Part shown: in pieces, positions 18,656 through 28,075 of the stretch
How the letters are laid out: every line of letters starts with the position of its first letter
Numbering within the stretch: the first letter of the stretch is position 1
Origin: Acidobacteriota bacterium
GTDB taxonomy: Bacteria > Acidobacteriota > Terriglobia > UBA7540
Direction: 5' to 3'
NCBI GenBank assembly: GCA_021784615.1
Contig: JAJYHU010000078.1
Span: 1-38,997, forward strand
DNA: 38,997 nt
Notes under the pieces: generated by a model
The model's database searches: none
The model's input: only the letters and a program-made list of their open reading frames with translations
Told to the model about the DNA's origin: nothing
Program-made: the position numbers and the translations under genes

Positions 18656-21177
18656 TGAGAATTTTAGGAGAGTGGTCACTGAAATTATTAATCCTGGCGT
18701 TCCTCATGATGGGCGGTTTTACCGCAGGATTTGCCGCGAACGCGCCCGCGCGAAATCCCTCGAAGGCCGATGCGGCCGCCCGGCGTCCGGGAGAGCGGGA
18801 CTGGTGGGGGCATGGCGGCAAATTCATGGCAACTGAGAAGCCATCTGGACAGGAACCCGATAACGCCTTCGGGCTTCCGCTGTTGAAGAATATCGCTCGG
18901 GACCAGAAAACGATCTGGACGAGCCCGTTTCACCTGCGTCTGAGGGATGCCAACTGGCTGCTGCCTCTCGCCGGCCTTGGAGCGGCGCTGCTCGCAACCG
19001 ACAGCGCCACCAGCCGCCACCTTGCCATTTCCCGGGCGGGGATCAATCAGAGCCGGAGTTTTTCGAACTTCGGGGCCGCTTCGCTGATCGGGGTTGCTGG
19101 CAGCCTCTATTTGTGGGGCCGTGCCCGCCACAACGAGCACATGCGCGAGACGGGCCTGTTGAGCGGCGAGGCGGTCATCGACAGCTACCTGGCTGCGACC
19201 GCCGTCAAGACGGCTGCGGGCCGGGAGCGTCCCTACGTCGACAACGCCCAAGGGCGCTTCTTGAGAGGCGGCAGTTCGTTTCCGTCCGAACATGCTGCGG
19301 CGGTCTGGTCAACGGCGGGGATCATCGCCCACGAGTATCCGGGGCCTTTGACCAAGCTGTTTGCCTATGGACTTGCAGCGGCTGTCAGCGGATCGCGCGT
19401 GACGGGGGAAGAACATTTTCCTTCCGACGTTCTGGTGGGCGGCGTGCTCGGACTGCTGATTTCCCGCGAGGTCTACCAGAAGAGCCACAATCCCGAGCTT
19501 TGGGGTTCCGCCTGGCGGGTGCCGGGGCATGACCGCAGCCGGGAGCGGGAACGGAACCCGGAGAACATGGGCTCGCCCTACGTGCCGCTCGATAGCTGGG
19601 TCTATCCTGCCTTCGAGCGTCTGGCGGCGCTCGGTTACGTCCGATCGGAGATGCTTGGCATGCGGCCCTGGACGCGGCTCGAATGCGCGCGCCTGGTGGA
19701 GGAGGCAACGGACCGGCTGAGCGCCCGGGAGACGGACGCGCCGCTGGCCAGCCGCCTTGTCGGGAGCCTGCAAAAAGAATTCGCCGGGGCGCTGGCGCTG
19801 CTGGGCGGCGGACGGAACCGCGCGGTCGATCTCGATTCCGTGTACACGCGCTTCACCGGGATTGCGGGCACGCCGCTTACCGACGGTTACCACTTTGGCC
19901 AGACGCTCGAAAACGATTACGGCCGCCCTTACGGCGAAGGATTGAACACCGTGGCAGGCTTTTCGGGCTGGGCCGCCTCGGGGCCGTTTGCCGCTTACTT
20001 CCAGGGCGAATACCAGCATGCGCCTTCCGGGCTTGGGCTTCCGCCTGGGGCGCGGCAATTCATCTCGCAAGTTGATTACGGCCTGCCGCTACCGCCGGCC
20101 GGTCTTTACCCGGCGGTGGACCGCTTTGACGCGCTCAACGCCTATGTGGCGATGAACCTCGAGAACTGGCAGGTGTCGGCCGGCAAGCAGAGTTTGTGGT
20201 GGGGACCGGGCGAAGGCGGAGCCATGATGTACAGCGACAACGCCGAGCCCGTGGATATGATTCGGATCAGCCGCGTGTCGCCCTTCAAGCTGCCGGGCCC
20301 GTTCGCGCTGATGGGCCCGGTGCGGACGGAGTTTTTCATCGGAAAGCAGAGCGGAGCCAACTTTCTCTACAGCCCGATGGGACTGGTTGGCCAGTGGGGC
20401 GCGGCGCTCAACCCTCAGCCCATTATGATCGGGCAGAAACTCAGCTTCAAGCCGACGCCGAATCTAGAATTCGGATTCGACCGGACGACGATCTATGGAG
20501 GGCCGGGCTATCCGCTGACGCCGCACACGTTTTTGAGAAGCCTGTTTTCAACCACCAACGACAAGGCCGGCTCGCCCAACAAGCCCGGCGACCGGCGCTC
20601 GGGCTTCGACATGACCTACCGGTTGCCGTTCGTGCGGAACTGGGCGACTTTCTACGTCGATTCGTTTGTTGACGACCAGTTCTCTCCCGTCGCTTATTTC
20701 GACCGCGCCTGCAATAGCGCTGGGCTCTATTTCGCCCGGCTGCCGCGCTTGCAGAAATTCGATCTGCGCCTGGAGGGAGTTTACAGCGACAGCCCCCTCG
20801 GCGGTTTGTATGACCACGGGTATTTTTACGCGAATTACACCTGGCGCTACGGCTACCGGAATGCCGGCAATTTGCTGGGAAGCTGGATTGGCCGCCAGGG
20901 GCAGGGCGAGCAGGCGTGGCTGACTTACTGGCCGACGCCGCGCAGCGATCTTCAGTTCCAATTCCGGCATGAGACGGTGGGCCAGGGATTCATCCCCGGG
21001 GGCGGGACGATAAACGATGGCGGGGTGAAAGCGAATTTTTGGCTCCGGCCCGATTTGAGCGTCACCGCATTTCTTCAGGACGAAAAGTGGTCCTTCCCGG
21101 TTCTCCGTCCGGGGCCGCAATCAAACGTGACGGCATCGGTGCAACTGACTTTCTGGCCCCGCTGGAGTTTCCATTGA
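18655..21177 (+). CDS. PAP2 (type 2 phosphatidic acid phosphatase) domain fused to a capsule-assembly Wzi-family outer-membrane domain
   Basis: All three PAP2 motifs are present: KTAAGRERP (Kx6RP), PSEH (PSGH variant) and SRVTGEEHFPSD (SRx5Hx3D). The remaining roughly 500 aa begin with the Wzi-like YVPLDSWVYPAFERLAALGYV and are rich in beta-strand Y/F/G patterns. The start ATG at 18655 shares one base with the wza-like TGA stop (CTGATGAGA). Confidence 0.75.
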   Translation: MRILGEWSLKLLILAFLMMGGFTAGFAANAPARNPSKADAAARRPGERDWWGHGGKFMATEKPSGQEPDNAFGLPLLKNIARDQKTIWTSPFHLRLRDANWLLPLAGLGAALLATDSATSRHLAISRAGINQSRSFSNFGAASLIGVAGSLYLWGRARHNEHMRETGLLSGEAVIDSYLAATAVKTAAGRERPYVDNAQGRFLRGGSSFPSEHAAAVWSTAGIIAHEYPGPLTKLFAYGLAAAVSGSRVTGEEHFPSDVLVGGVLGLLISREVYQKSHNPELWGSAWRVPGHDRSRERERNPENMGSPYVPLDSWVYPAFERLAALGYVRSEMLGMRPWTRLECARLVEEATDRLSARETDAPLASRLVGSLQKEFAGALALLGGGRNRAVDLDSVYTRFTGIAGTPLTDGYHFGQTLENDYGRPYGEGLNTVAGFSGWAASGPFAAYFQGEYQHAPSGLGLPPGARQFISQVDYGLPLPPAGLYPAVDRFDALNAYVAMNLENWQVSAGKQSLWWGPGEGGAMMYSDNAEPVDMIRISRVSPFKLPGPFALMGPVRTEFFIGKQSGANFLYSPMGLVGQWGAALNPQPIMIGQKLSFKPTPNLEFGFDRTTIYGGPGYPLTPHTFLRSLFSTTNDKAGSPNKPGDRRSGFDMTYRLPFVRNWATFYVDSFVDDQFSPVAYFDRACNSAGLYFARLPRLQKFDLRLEGVYSDSPLGGLYDHGYFYANYTWRYGYRNAGNLLGSWIGRQGQGEQAWLTYWPTPRSDLQFQFRHETVGQGFIPGGGTINDGGVKANFWLRPDLSVTAFLQDEKWSFPVLRPGPQSNVTASVQLTFWPRWSFH

Positions 21178-21220
21178 CGGGCGGCGGACCGGCAGGACTC
21201 GATACGAATCGGAAACGTTC

Positions 21221-22606
21221 ATGAAATCACCGGTCAAAACTCCCGACGAGCCCAAGAGGGAACGGGATCCCGAAGGTTTTTTCCTCGAAGCCGTCAATGC
21301 GGAGATCGCGGCGGAGGGGCGGGAGCGGATGGCGCACCGCCTGCGCCTGCTCTGGGACGGGCGGCGCTTGCTGGTCCGGGCGACGCTGTGCGGTTTTGCG
21401 GGGGCGGCGTTGATCGCCCTCCTGATTCCGAACCGTTATACGTCAACCGTCCGGCTGATGCCGCCCTCGCCCGGCGGGTCAGGGCCGATTGCGGCGGCTT
21501 TGGCGGGCCTTGGGGGACAGTTGGGAGGAGCGGCGGACCTGCTTGAAAACTCCATGGGACTCAAAAACTCCAGCGCGCTGTTCGTGGGGATTTTGAACAG
21601 CGACCGTGTGCGCGACGCGGTGATTGACAAGTTCCATTTGCAAAAGGTTTATGACGTTCGCTATCCGGAGGACGCGCGAAAGGTCCTGGCGAGGGAGACG
21701 AACGTATCCGCCGACCGACAGAGCGGGATTATCACCATTTCCGTCAGCGACTTGAAGCCCGGGCGCGCAGCCGCCATGGCCGAGGAATATATCAACGAAT
21801 TGAACTACGTGGTCAACCATCTGACCACGTCTTCGGCGCACCGGGAAAGCGTTTTTCTGGCGGAGCGCCTTGCGCAGGTCAAGGGCGACCTTGAAATTGC
21901 CGAAAAGGACTTTAGCCGGTTCGGAAGCACGAATACGGCCATCGACATTCCGAACCAAGGCAAGGCCATGGTGAGTGCCGCCGCGACGTTGCAAGGCAAC
22001 TTGATTGGAGCCGAGTCGGATCTCGAAGCTTTAAAGCAAATCTATACCGACGGCAACGTGCATGTGCGGGCCGCCCAGGCGAGGGTGAGCGAGTTGCGGC
22101 GGCAGCTTGAGAAGATTGGCGGGAAGGGAACGGACGAAAAAAGCGGCGCCGGCGAACTCTATCCGAGCATGCGGCAACTTTCCGCGCTGGGCGTGACCTA
22201 CGCGGATCTTCTGCGGCGCGTCAAGGTTGAAGAGGCTGTCTATAAGACGCTGACTCAGGAATATGAAATGGCAAGGGTGGAAGAGGCGCGGGATATTCCC
22301 ACGGTCAAGGTTCTCGACCCGCCGCTGGCGGCGGAGAGAAAGTCCTATCCGCCGCGGCTGGCGATGACATTGGCGGGAGGCTTCCTGGCCTTCTCGCTGG
22401 CCACGCTCTGGCTGATGGTTCGCGCGCGCTGGGATGAGGCGGACCCGGCCGATCCGCGAAAAGCCCTTGCGCAGGATATTTATTCGACCTTGCGGGTGTA
22501 TCCCCTGCGGGCCAGTCGAAGCGGTTTGGGACTCGTTCGATCCATCACCGGCCGGGGGTGGCGGCGCAGCCGTTCAGGCCGCACTCGTCGGGAAAATGGG
22601 CAGTAG
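21221..22606 (+). CDS. Polysaccharide co-polymerase (Wzz/GumC-like chain-length determinant), no kinase domain
   Basis: N-terminal TM helix followed by RYTSTVRLMPP, a long coiled-coil region (RVSELRRQLEKIGG) and a C-terminal TM helix LAMTLAGGFLAFSLATLWLMV. Confidence 0.8.
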   Translation: MKSPVKTPDEPKRERDPEGFFLEAVNAEIAAEGRERMAHRLRLLWDGRRLLVRATLCGFAGAALIALLIPNRYTSTVRLMPPSPGGSGPIAAALAGLGGQLGGAADLLENSMGLKNSSALFVGILNSDRVRDAVIDKFHLQKVYDVRYPEDARKVLARETNVSADRQSGIITISVSDLKPGRAAAMAEEYINELNYVVNHLTTSSAHRESVFLAERLAQVKGDLEIAEKDFSRFGSTNTAIDIPNQGKAMVSAAATLQGNLIGAESDLEALKQIYTDGNVHVRAAQARVSELRRQLEKIGGKGTDEKSGAGELYPSMRQLSALGVTYADLLRRVKVEEAVYKTLTQEYEMARVEEARDIPTVKVLDPPLAAERKSYPPRLAMTLAGGFLAFSLATLWLMVRARWDEADPADPRKALAQDIYSTLRVYPLRASRSGLGLVRSITGRGWRRSRSGRTRRENGQ

Positions 22607-22701
22607 TTGATTGCGTAGTTAGCTGTAAGTAATTGATTAATAGGCGGTTATATTGGTATCGGCGACTAGCTGAGGGGGCGAAGCTGTATCGAGAGGCCAA
22701 G

Positions 22702-23280
22702 ATGCGAGAACGTGAGACCGCCATGGGGCTGGAGAGTTTGTCTGTTTCTGTGGCGGGATCGAGCCGCGGCATCGCGTGCGAGTTCCTAACTCCCAGGTGG
22801 TACGCAGTTTACACCTGCGCGCGCCACGAAAAGCGGGCCGCAGAACTTTTGGAAAGAAAGGAGGTGGAAACGTTTCTGCCCCTTTACGAGGCCGTTCATC
22901 GCTGGAAGAACGTCCGGGCGCAAGTGTGGCTGCCGCTGTTTCCGGGATACCTTTTCGTGCGGATCGCTTTGGCGGACCGCCTCAAGGTTCTGGAGATTCC
23001 GAGCGTAGTGCGGCTGGTGGGATTCTCGGGGCAGCCCGCTCCACTGCCCGAAGCTGACATCGAAGCGATCCGGCTGTGCATTGAGCGCGGTCCCCGCCTC
23101 GAGCCGTGTCCTTACTTGCAGGCTGGGCGGAGGGTGCGCGTGGCGCGAGGACCGTTGGAGGGTCTGGAAGGAATCGTCGTCCGCCGGAAGAGCCGGACGC
23201 GGCTGGCGGTCTCGCTTGACATCATTATGCGGTCGGTTGCCGTGGAGGTGGACGAGGTGGACCTTGATGTCGTGTCCTAG
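22702..23280 (+). CDS. NusG-family transcription antiterminator paralog (RfaH/UpxY-like)
   Basis: NGN domain (WYAVYTCARHEKRAAELLERKEVETFLPLY...LFPGYLFVRI) and KOW motif (GRRVRVARGPLEGLEGIVV). The start at 22702 has GAGAGG 5 nt upstream; alternative ATG at 22723. Confidence 0.8.
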   Translation: MRERETAMGLESLSVSVAGSSRGIACEFLTPRWYAVYTCARHEKRAAELLERKEVETFLPLYEAVHRWKNVRAQVWLPLFPGYLFVRIALADRLKVLEIPSVVRLVGFSGQPAPLPEADIEAIRLCIERGPRLEPCPYLQAGRRVRVARGPLEGLEGIVVRRKSRTRLAVSLDIIMRSVAVEVDEVDLDVVS

Positions 23281-23459
23281 CCGGAACTTCCGGACTTTCT
23301 TTGATCCGGCTTCGCAGTCCGGAATCGGGAAGAGAGAGCGCAGTGCCGGCCAATAGCTTCAAGTAGTGTCCATGCCCGCCCAGGGGAAAAGATGGAGTTA
23401 ATCCTGCACCGCATGACGTTTTTTCGGGCATTCCTCATTTCCAATGGAGGTTCATCCGT

Positions 23460-24179
23460 ATGAGTTTTGAAATGGAAGAAGCCCGCAGCCTCACCGCCCG
23501 AGTTGAAGGATGGCTGCAGGATTGTGAAGGTGAGTTGCTTTTCAACTTGGCGAGGGGATGCGAGGGTCGAGGGGCCATCGTCGAGGTCGGTTCCTGGAAG
23601 GGCAAATCGACCATCTGGTTGGGAAGAGGCAGCTTGGCGGGAAAGAAAGCTCACGTGTGGGCAGTTGATCCTCATACGGGATCAGGTGAGCACCATGAAG
23701 CTTTCGGGAGCGTCTGGACGTTCGATGAGTTTAAAAAAAATGTTACGGAGTCCGGCCTGGACGAAGTGGTAACTCCTATTGTCAAGACGTCAGAGGAAGC
23801 AGCCCTCAGCTTCCGGGAACCCGTCGAGCTTGTCTTTATCGATGGGGCGCACGATTACGAATCTGCCCGAAGAGATTTTGAACTCTGGTCGCCGAAGGTT
23901 GTTGATGGCGGCATCGTAGCGTTGCATGACACGACGTGCGGGGAAGGGCCGCGAAGAGTGGTGGTCGAAAGCCTTTGCGGGTCTCAGCGGTTCAGGGGGG
24001 TGCATCTCGTTGGATCGATTGCCTACGCCCGCAAGGTGGAACGCAACTCTCCAGTGGACAGAATCAAGAATGGGGCGGCCGCGTATGCCATCGGTTCAAC
24101 CGCGTCCACCCCATGCTTCCTGCCGAAGCCTATCAAGGCGCTTGGCCGCAGATTCGTGAAAGCTATGGGGATTCTGTAA
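23460..24179 (+). CDS. Class I SAM-dependent methyltransferase (Methyltransf_24 / CmcI-TylF-like)
   Basis: IVEVGSWKGKSTIWL (SAM motif I), VWAVDPH and LVFIDGAHDYESARRDFELWSPKVVDGGIVALHD. GGAGG RBS upstream. Confidence 0.8.
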   Translation: MSFEMEEARSLTARVEGWLQDCEGELLFNLARGCEGRGAIVEVGSWKGKSTIWLGRGSLAGKKAHVWAVDPHTGSGEHHEAFGSVWTFDEFKKNVTESGLDEVVTPIVKTSEEAALSFREPVELVFIDGAHDYESARRDFELWSPKVVDGGIVALHDTTCGEGPRRVVVESLCGSQRFRGVHLVGSIAYARKVERNSPVDRIKNGAAAYAIGSTASTPCFLPKPIKALGRRFVKAMGIL

Positions 24180-25691
24180 ATGAGGATTTCAGAAGAGTTC
24201 TTTTCTACCTCGTTCGCCGATCTTACTGAGGTCGAAGCGGATGTTACCGATTCCTGGGCCCCGGCCTGGATAGCCCGGAAGGCCTTGCATGGGGCGACAG
24301 CCTTAGGGATTCGCCAAGTCGCCGCACAGAGTCTGAATGTGCTGGGAGCTATTCTGCTCGCCCGGCTCCTTACCCCGGCACAATTTGGAATTTTTGCTAT
24401 TGTGGTGTTTCTTCGAACGTTTCTGCTCGCATTTGGTGATGCCGGACTGGCCACAAGCCTGATTCGGGAGCCCCGTGAACCTGAGGAAATGGAGTATCAG
24501 GCGGTCTTTACGTTCCAGCAGATTCTGGTTGTTTGTATCTTCGCGGTTTTCTGGATTGCCTCGCCCGTCGCCGCGAAGCTCTACCATTTGCAAAACGCGG
24601 ATATCCGGCTGTTTCGATTGGTAGCGATTTCTCTCTTGTGCAGTTCCTTTCAGGTTATTCCGACGGTTCGCCTTGAGCGCAACCTCACCTATGGCAAGCT
24701 TGCCTTCATCGAGATTGCCATGGCAGCGGTTTTCAACGGCTCGGCAGTCGGGCTGGCCTGGATGGGGTGGGGAGTCATGAGCTTCGGTGTGGCGCTCCTG
24801 GCACGCTCGTTCATCGGTGCCGTCCTGGCCAACGTGGTTTGTCCCTGGCGCGTGCGCTGGTCGTTTGACTGGAAGAAGGTCAAACCTCATCTCCGTTTCG
24901 GACTTCCGTATCAGGGAATCACCTTCGTTTCGCTGCTGAAGGACAGTATCGGTCCTCTCTATATCGGAGTGCTTTTGGGAGCAGCCCAGATGGGTTACGT
25001 GAGTTGGGCGAGCACGTTTGCGGCCTGGCCGGTGCTGGCCGTCACGGTCTTCCAGCGGGTTTATCTGTCCGCCTTTTCACGGGTGCAGAACCATCCGGCG
25101 TTGCTCGCGAGGTTCGTTGAGCGCTCGATTCAGGCGACGAACGCCATCGTCGCTCCGGCAGCGGTATTGGTGCTGGTGTTCAGCGTCCCGATCACTCGGT
25201 GCATCTTTGGAGGAAAATGGCTTGTTGGCCTTCCGCTCTTCTATCTCTTCTGGTCGGTGAGCCTATTTGCTCCGACGGCGATACCCGCGGTCGCGCTCCT
25301 GAACGCCTTGGGACGCTCGCGCCTGACCTTCTTCTTTGCTTTGATCTGGATGGCAGGCACCTGGATTCTTGGGGTTCCGTTCATCTGGTTATGGGGGCCT
25401 CTCGGTTATGCCGCAGCAGTCCTGGTCGTAAACCTATCGAGCGTTTTTCTCTATCGGGTCGCGCAAAGCATAGTCGATTTTTGGGTGCTGAGGGTTGTTG
25501 CTCCGATCTGGGCGTGGGCTATCGGCGTGGGCGTTTTGGCTTACGGCTTCAAGGTTATATGGCAGCCCTCGAATGTGCCGAGTCTGGCGCTTGCGGTGGG
25601 CGCTTATGCCGTTGTGTATGTGGGAGGGCTGCTGGCCCGCTATTCCGACGACGCGAGGAAGTTGTGGACGCTCGCATGGAAACAGGCATGA
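24180..25691 (+). CDS. wzx: Oligosaccharide/polysaccharide flippase (MOP superfamily, Wzx-like)
   Basis: 503 aa polytopic membrane protein. The N-terminal Polysacc_synt pattern is LNVLGAILLARLLTPAQFGIFAIV. Its start codon abuts the methyltransferase stop (TAAATG). Confidence 0.85.
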   Translation: MRISEEFFSTSFADLTEVEADVTDSWAPAWIARKALHGATALGIRQVAAQSLNVLGAILLARLLTPAQFGIFAIVVFLRTFLLAFGDAGLATSLIREPREPEEMEYQAVFTFQQILVVCIFAVFWIASPVAAKLYHLQNADIRLFRLVAISLLCSSFQVIPTVRLERNLTYGKLAFIEIAMAAVFNGSAVGLAWMGWGVMSFGVALLARSFIGAVLANVVCPWRVRWSFDWKKVKPHLRFGLPYQGITFVSLLKDSIGPLYIGVLLGAAQMGYVSWASTFAAWPVLAVTVFQRVYLSAFSRVQNHPALLARFVERSIQATNAIVAPAAVLVLVFSVPITRCIFGGKWLVGLPLFYLFWSVSLFAPTAIPAVALLNALGRSRLTFFFALIWMAGTWILGVPFIWLWGPLGYAAAVLVVNLSSVFLYRVAQSIVDFWVLRVVAPIWAWAIGVGVLAYGFKVIWQPSNVPSLALAVGAYAVVYVGGLLARYSDDARKLWTLAWKQA

Positions 25692-26533
25692 AAGCTGGCA
25701 TTTCTGTGGTGATGAACACTTTGAACGAAGAGCGGAATCTCCCTCTGGCGCTTCGGTCGGTCATGCCTTGGGCGGATGAGATCGTCGTAGCGGATATGCA
25801 CAGCCAGGACAGGACGGCGGAGATCGCCCGGCAATTCGGGGCCAGGGTTTGCTTGCACGAAGGCCCCGGATTCAACTACGCCCCGCGGGAATTTGCTGTA
25901 GCTCAGGCAAATTGCGAATGGGTGTTTGTCCTGGATGCTGACGAACTCGTGCCGTTGGCCCTCAGTGACGACTTAATCTACATCGCATCTTCTGCCAGCG
26001 CGGAGGTGGCGACGATTCCGCGCAGAAATTTCATGATGGGAGTACCGCTCGCAGCCACGGGATGGGGACCGACGCAGGATTATCAGACGCGTTTTTTCAG
26101 GAAGGAGAAGATTCGCGCCAGTTCGATTGCTCATCACGATTTCACTCCCGTGGAGGGAGCGCGGGTTTTCAGACTGCCTTACAACGGAAGAAACGCCATT
26201 ATCCATTTCAATTATCTTGATAGCGCCCATTTCATTCGGAAGTTAAATCAGTACACCAGCATTGAAGCCATGCAAAGCATGGAGCGGGGGCGGCACGCCG
26301 GGCCTTTCAAGGCCCTGGTACTTGCTGGCCGGGAGTTTCTGGTCCGCTATTTCATGCGCGGAGGTTACCGGGATGGGTGGCGGGGTCTTTATCTCTCTTG
26401 CTTCATGGCTTTCTATCGTTTGGCAACCTGTGCGAAGTTTCAAGAACTTGAATCTGTCGGCAATGCCCAAGAAGTTGAAGCCCGGTACCGAGAAGAAGCC
26501 GAAAAGGTCATAAGCGAGTATCAACTGGCTTGA
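25688..26533 (+). CDS. Family 2 glycosyltransferase
   Basis: ISVVMNTLNEERNLPLALRSV...EIVVADMHSQDRT and the DxD-type VLDADE. C-terminal RGGYRDGWRGLYLS resembles WaaE/KdtX-like GT2s. ATGA overlap with the wzx stop; alternative ATG at 25676. Confidence 0.85.
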   Translation: MKAGISVVMNTLNEERNLPLALRSVMPWADEIVVADMHSQDRTAEIARQFGARVCLHEGPGFNYAPREFAVAQANCEWVFVLDADELVPLALSDDLIYIASSASAEVATIPRRNFMMGVPLAATGWGPTQDYQTRFFRKEKIRASSIAHHDFTPVEGARVFRLPYNGRNAIIHFNYLDSAHFIRKLNQYTSIEAMQSMERGRHAGPFKALVLAGREFLVRYFMRGGYRDGWRGLYLSCFMAFYRLATCAKFQELESVGNAQEVEARYREEAEKVISEYQLA

Positions 26534-26967
26534 TCCTGTCATTTCCCGAAGAAGACATCGGCGATGTGACATCAGCCAAACCTCAGTGGACGTTGGGATG
26601 CACATCGGCAGGAGGTTGATGCTCCGGGCCGGGAGCGGTTCGGATTGTCCAACCTAGATTGGAGCGGGAAGTTATGGCTGAGCACATCATTGATCAAACA
26701 TTGCTCCATCTTATCTGTCCCATAACGCGCCTTTATGATCTTGACCTTCGTGTCGCCAGGCTAAGGCTTCCCACGCTTGGTGCTCGTCACGCCGAGTTGA
26801 GTGCCATTATTTCCATGGATGACTCACCGGGAGCGCCAGCATCGCGATTGATAGATTTGGCTTCTTTCCTGATCTTGCGAGCCAACAGCACAGAGCTACC
26901 CTTGCTCGCGGCCCGTGGCGCACCCGCACTGGTTCACGTTTGGCCGGGAGAACATTATCGTCTTCTA

Positions 26968-26991
26968 TTGATATCTGCATAAATAATGCAA
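26968..26991. repeat. IS630 left terminal inverted repeat
   Basis: TTGATATCTGCATAAATAATGCAA. The reverse complement of 28052-28075 is TTGACATCTGCATAAATAATGCAA (one mismatch). Confidence 0.9.
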
Positions 26992-26996
26992 CGGGG

Positions 26997-28024
26997 CTAG
27001 GACAAAAAATTAGGTAGATCGGATTCGAGGATGCAGCCACGGAGTTTGTCTGGGGAAGTTCGAATGCCGTTGATCGAACGGATGATGTCGTCCATCAATT
27101 CATCCCGGTCGAGCGGGCAGCCGTTGGCGAGTTCTCGCTTGGCCAGCGACCAAACGCCTTCGTCGGGGTTGATCTCCGGGGCGTAAGCGGGAAAGTGCTC
27201 GATATGCAGCCGCGGGTGCCGACGCAGGAGTTTCCCCAAAGGTTCGCCGTGGTGCGTGGAGGAATTGTCCAGCAGAACGATGACGGAACCTCGGAGGTGT
27301 CGCAGCAGCTCGCGGAGAAACAGACCCACTTCTTCCTGGCCGATGTTGTCGAAGTAAAGCAAATAGTAGAGGCCCAAGTGCTGTCGTTGGGGACTGACCG
27401 AGATTCCGGAGATGACGGAGATTTTGTCCCGGCGTCCCTGGCGATGACGCTGAAGGGGGGTGCAGCCTTGGGGGGCCCAAGTCCTAACCACCAGGGGAGC
27501 CAACAAAAAGCCCGATTCATCAGCGAAGACTAGGTGGGCGCCCAGCCGCGCAGCGTTTTTTTTACCCGAGGCCAGTCCTTCCGCTTCCAGCGTTCGATGG
27601 CCTCGTCGTCGCGCTCGACGGCGCGAGTTTCGGGTTTCTGAGGGCTCCAGTTCAGACGATGCATCAGCCGACCGACATGATCGCGATGGTAATCCACGCC
27701 GAACTCTCGCCGGATGACTTCGGCGATTCGTGCCGTGGTCCACAACTGCGTCCGGTAGCCGTGCGCCTGGGGTCCCTGGAGAAGCAGCTTCACCAAGCGT
27801 CGCCGCTGGCTCGAACCCAACTTCAGCGGGCGTCCCGGCGAGAAGCGGACCCGCAAGGCGTCGGGGCCCCCTCGTCGCTGCGCACGCAGCCATCGCAGAA
27901 CAGAACTGGGGGCACAGTGAATACGACGCCCCACTTCGTTCAGCGACAAGCCCGTAGCCCACAAAGCCAGCGCCCGCAGGCGACGGTCTTCGATCAGATC
28001 GGCACTGCCCTTCGGTCGAGGCAT
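26997..28024 (-). CDS. IS630-family transposase (orfA 28024-27530 and orfB frame down to 26997; needs a -1 shift at an A8 run)
   Basis: orfA is MPRPKGSADLIEDRRLRALALWATGLSLNEVGRRIHCAPSSVLRWL (HTH). The orfB frame carries VFADESG, LLDNSSTHH and PAYAPEINPDEGVW (DDE/D triad). The fused product would be about 343 aa, the normal size for this family. Confidence 0.85.
27556..27563 (-). other. A8 homopolymer: candidate -1 programmed frameshift site, or the site of a frameshift mutation, in the transposase
   Basis: The minus strand reads GGGTAAAAAAAACGC. orfA reads GTA AAA AAA ACG and orfB reads GGT AAA AAA AAC, so orfB is in the -1 frame relative to orfA exactly at this run. Confidence 0.6.
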
Positions 28025-28051
28025 ACCTGTTCCCTCCTGAAGGTCAGTATA

Positions 28052-28075
28052 TTGCATTATTTATGCAGATGTCAA
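28052..28075. repeat. IS630 right terminal inverted repeat
   Basis: TTGCATTATTTATGCAGATGTCAA, the partner of 26968-26991. Confidence 0.9.

Larger units (their letters stand above)
26968..28075 (-). mobile_element. IS630-family insertion sequence (1108 bp) with TA target-site duplication
   Basis: 24-bp terminal inverted repeats matching 23/24. TA flanks both ends (26966-26967 and 28076-28077). Encodes an HTH plus DDE transposase in two frames. Confidence 0.9.

Noticed and set aside
26659-26982. 107-aa plus-strand ORF (TTG start) that ends inside the IS left inverted repeat
   Set aside because: It has no motif, lies antisense to faint RelA/SpoT remnants, and its present stop is supplied by the IS. 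It is left uncalled but mentioned under the RelA/SpoT finding.
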